DNA of 63,359 bases, the filler included, from Sphacelaria rigidula (Eukaryota), in the NCBI GenBank assembly GCA_964200075.2. It is 5 parts of 5 records of this genome, joined end to end, with 100 filler letters (N's around TTAATTAATTAA, not from the genome) between each part and the next. Parts side by side here need not be neighbours in the genome. Positions count along the whole stretch, not along the records: positions 50,770 to 63,359 come from CAXNAA020003593.1; 4 more parts are not named here. The stretch is one strand, 5' to 3'. Shown piece by piece: positions 60,426-63,359 of this stretch. The notes below the pieces were generated by a model, which ran no database searches, was not told where the DNA came from, and saw nothing but the letters and a program-made list of their open reading frames with translations. The position numbers and the translations under genes are program-made. Positions within the stretch are counted from its first letter, which is position 1; every line of letters begins with the position of its first letter.

Positions 60426-60993
60426 ATGAGGTTGTGTCTGGATCGAACCTTTATCCGTACCTCCCCAAGACATATTGCTCATTCCTGCAATCGGGTACAT
60501 CTACAACGGTAAACCCTAACCGGGGTAGGGATATGGGAGGCTTACAGAGCTCACAGAACTGTCGGGTACCGATACTGAATGGAAGTCTTACAGAAACTAC
60601 AGAACTTGTCGGGTACGATATGGGAGGCTTACAGAAAACTGGTGCCGGCAATCGGGTATATCTCCGAGAGTATACCCGCGCTCCGGGTACGGGTAAACGT
60701 TCTGTACAGAACTCACAGAACTGTCGGGTAAGGGTATGGAAGACTCACAGAACTCACGGAAACTGTCGGGTAGGGTATGAAGGTTGCATAGAAAACCATA
60801 CCCGAAATCAGGCATCTTATCAAGAGCGCACCCGTGCCCCCCGGTAACGGTTCGGGAGCCTTACAGAGATTACTGAACTGTCGGGTACCGGTATGAAAGT
60901 CTTACAGGAATCATAAAACTGTCGGGCACGGTAAATACCCGGCAAAATACCCCGGGTTTACAGAAAATCGTACCCTACAGAACACAACCTTGG
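60426..60993. mobile_element. Same MITE family, copy 2
   Basis: Same subrepeats and identical end GTACCCTACAGAACACAACCTTGG-TA. Confidence 0.75.
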
Positions 60994-63359
60994 TACATTC
61001 GTATTTTTTCCCCCAACCTTGCAACCATTACACAACACTCTTTGAATTACTTCTTCGGTTGCTTTGTCAACGAAGTGTCAATATTTTTGTTCTGAACGCA
61101 AGATTCCCGATGCCGTCTAAAAGTCCAACTTCGTGCGACAGAAATCTGGTGAGGTACTCTGAAACCTCTCAAAGAGCAGAGCAGTTATCTCCGGCGATGG
61201 CTGAACCTGCCCAGCCCGCTTCGTACGAGAAAAAATGCCGTCAGGCCGAAACGCAAGCGTTTTTTAGACATTTTGTTTTTCACCATAAGAAGGCGGTCAA
61301 GGCACGCCCAAACTGCACGCGTTGACCATCAGGTCGCGCCAATGTGCGCGACCTTACCAATTACAGTAGGAATGCGCCCAAAAGAACACTCATCACCATG
61401 GACACCGGCTCAAAGCTTTTGTTTGGCGAGATATCGGGCTGGATATTTTTTTCGAGGGTATTTTTCAAGTTTCCGTCGAAACACATAGATATATCTTTCC
61501 TTGGCTTGCGACTGAGAGTCAGTCCCGTCAGCGGACCCCTGTTATCTGTTGTATTGCGTACTGCTGTGGATAGCGTAAAAAGCGAGTACGAAGTGTACGC
61601 GTGAAAAATGAACACAAACCCAACTCCAGGCCACCCCTCAATAAACGGAAGCACCTGTCGCATGTGAAGCGTCGATAATTCATCATTCCCCAGGTCTATG
61701 ACTGCAACTGCATGACATATTCCAGTGAGGAATGGTTGGGGAGGGGCCAAGAGGCAGGTACTGTGCTTTTGTTCGAACATGTGACCTGCGAGAGTTCCAG
61801 ATCCTCATCCGGCTTGACATAATCACAACAAATTATCGTATCGGATGCTATTCTTATCTTGCGAAAGCAGATAAACCCGGTGTTCAGGCGCAGTTTATTA
61901 TCTGAGTATGAGGGAGTTCAGGTGCATTCCTCTACATGCATGCAGTTGACTCCCAGCGGGCAGGCGCTGCTGAGCGTCGGGGATCTCCGTGGCATGCATT
62001 GTCCATCACATGACGTGAGCTCTCCGGTGGGAACTTGACGTCCGCGCGTGGTTGTTTTCCCTGTGTTGCCATGCCCCCCCCCATCGCTCCTCTTTTTCGT
62101 TTTGTCTGTGCGTGCTCCGTTCAGGCGGACGACCGACGAGACTTGAGGCGTAAACTGTGCGGCTTAATCACAAGACGAAGGCTGCCTTCATCTTACCAAG
62201 CCCCGCGGCAGCGCGGGTAGTGCTTGTACCCGGCCTTCGGTGGCCAAGAGTCGAAATTATGTGTTGTCTCCGTTCTTTTTGTTTTTTGTTTGTGTTTAAA
62301 CCACCGGGAACGCAAGCAAGTGTACTCTCGTCTATATCGATCATGTTGCTGGTCCGTTCAGGGTTTGGCGTCCTTCGCTCCGTGTGCTTTCTCCTATTAC
62401 ATTATTCTGCTTGTAGTGTGTCTTGCACCTGCCAAAAACAACTGGGAAGTGCAACAGCAATACTCGTCAGTTGAGTGGGTGTCGTTTAAGTTTGGTTTTG
62501 GAACAACTCTCGTGTGGTTTGTTGTTTGCGATGCACCTCTCCAGAAGCAGGCGGTAATGGCTTTGTGTGGTGTGTTTTCGCATTGTTTTTTCCCGTCTGG
62601 CCGCGCCGCACGTTCACCTGTAATTTTTCTTCGAGAGGGTAAACTCGTCACGGCCCACGGAGTCCGTGGTGTGTGTGTACAGTGCTCGACCAAAGCTTTT
62701 CACCGACGAGTGATATCGCGTCGACCCCCGCTACAAAAATGTTTCGTTTGAGAAGACAAGATCTACACGCGAATCAAAACGACAAAAGCCGAGCACACCA
62801 AGCAGCTGGAAATTCCCACGTTCCGGATCGTTTTCGCCAATGCCGCCCATATGAGGCGCTTCATGCAGTCTGAAACCACGTATCATGCGCTGTATGGCCA
62901 TTTTCTTCGTGACAGTTTTGGGGCTGATCTGGCGGGGGGGGGGGGGGGGGGTCCGACACAGGTGTTCGTTATGCTGTTACCCCCGAAGTTTTCGAAAACA
63001 TGCCGTACAAGATGATCCCTACATCGTACACATGGTGTTGGGTGGTGTAAGTCGCAAACATCAAATATCACGTGCATCACACTAGTGAAAACCTCGTCAC
63101 AGCGTCACAGCATGAGTTGTTCATCTGATCGGTTCTTGCCGACCGGCACATCTAGAGACTGCATGCGCTGGCAATGTTGTCTTGTCTGGTGCACCAGTAA
63201 AACTGTCCCGGGGAGGGCTAATACCACCATACATACAAGACAGGGACACACGACTACTCGTGCTTCGTCCTGCAGACACAACAACACTCTCCGCCGTCAG
63301 TCTGTGTGTGTGTGTTGTCGTCCCATTTATTCTGGGCGCCAGTCTACCCCTGTCGGGAT

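Noticed and set aside
59330-60990. CRISPR-like repeat/spacer pattern (ACAGAACTGTCGGGTA)
   Set aside because: Repeats are degenerate with non-unique, irregular spacers, lie inside TIR-bounded MITEs, and there are no cas genes in this eukaryotic context.

Overview
Eukaryotic, repeat-rich DNA that looks like a brown alga (Phaeophyceae), judged from a spliced stramenopile-type gene, an EsV-1-7 domain gene and the transposon content. The window is not one locus. It is five contigs (12594, 12593, 12591, 12591 and 12590 bp, size-sorted) joined by artificial N44-TTAATTAATTAA-N44 spacers. Contig 1 holds four internal exons of divinyl (proto)chlorophyllide 8-vinyl reductase (DVR), with introns full of SINEs and MITEs. 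Contig 2 holds a full-length degenerate Ty1/Copia element inserted in a LINE and itself hit by two GAG...CTC MITEs, plus a 483-bp TGT...ACA element whose two ends are each ~90-bp palindromes. Contig 3 is transposon debris only. Contig 4 holds an intronless ~880-aa EsV-1-7 (C-x4-C-x16-C-x2-H) tandem-repeat protein and a 5' Copia fragment. Contig 5 holds an intronless P-class PPR gene and MITEs. The top candidate for an undescribed system is the EsV-1-7 array: a constant scaffold with a few hypervariable positions per repeat, suggesting a TALE/zinc-finger-like modular recognition code. All family assignments come from motif recognition by eye. No database search was run.
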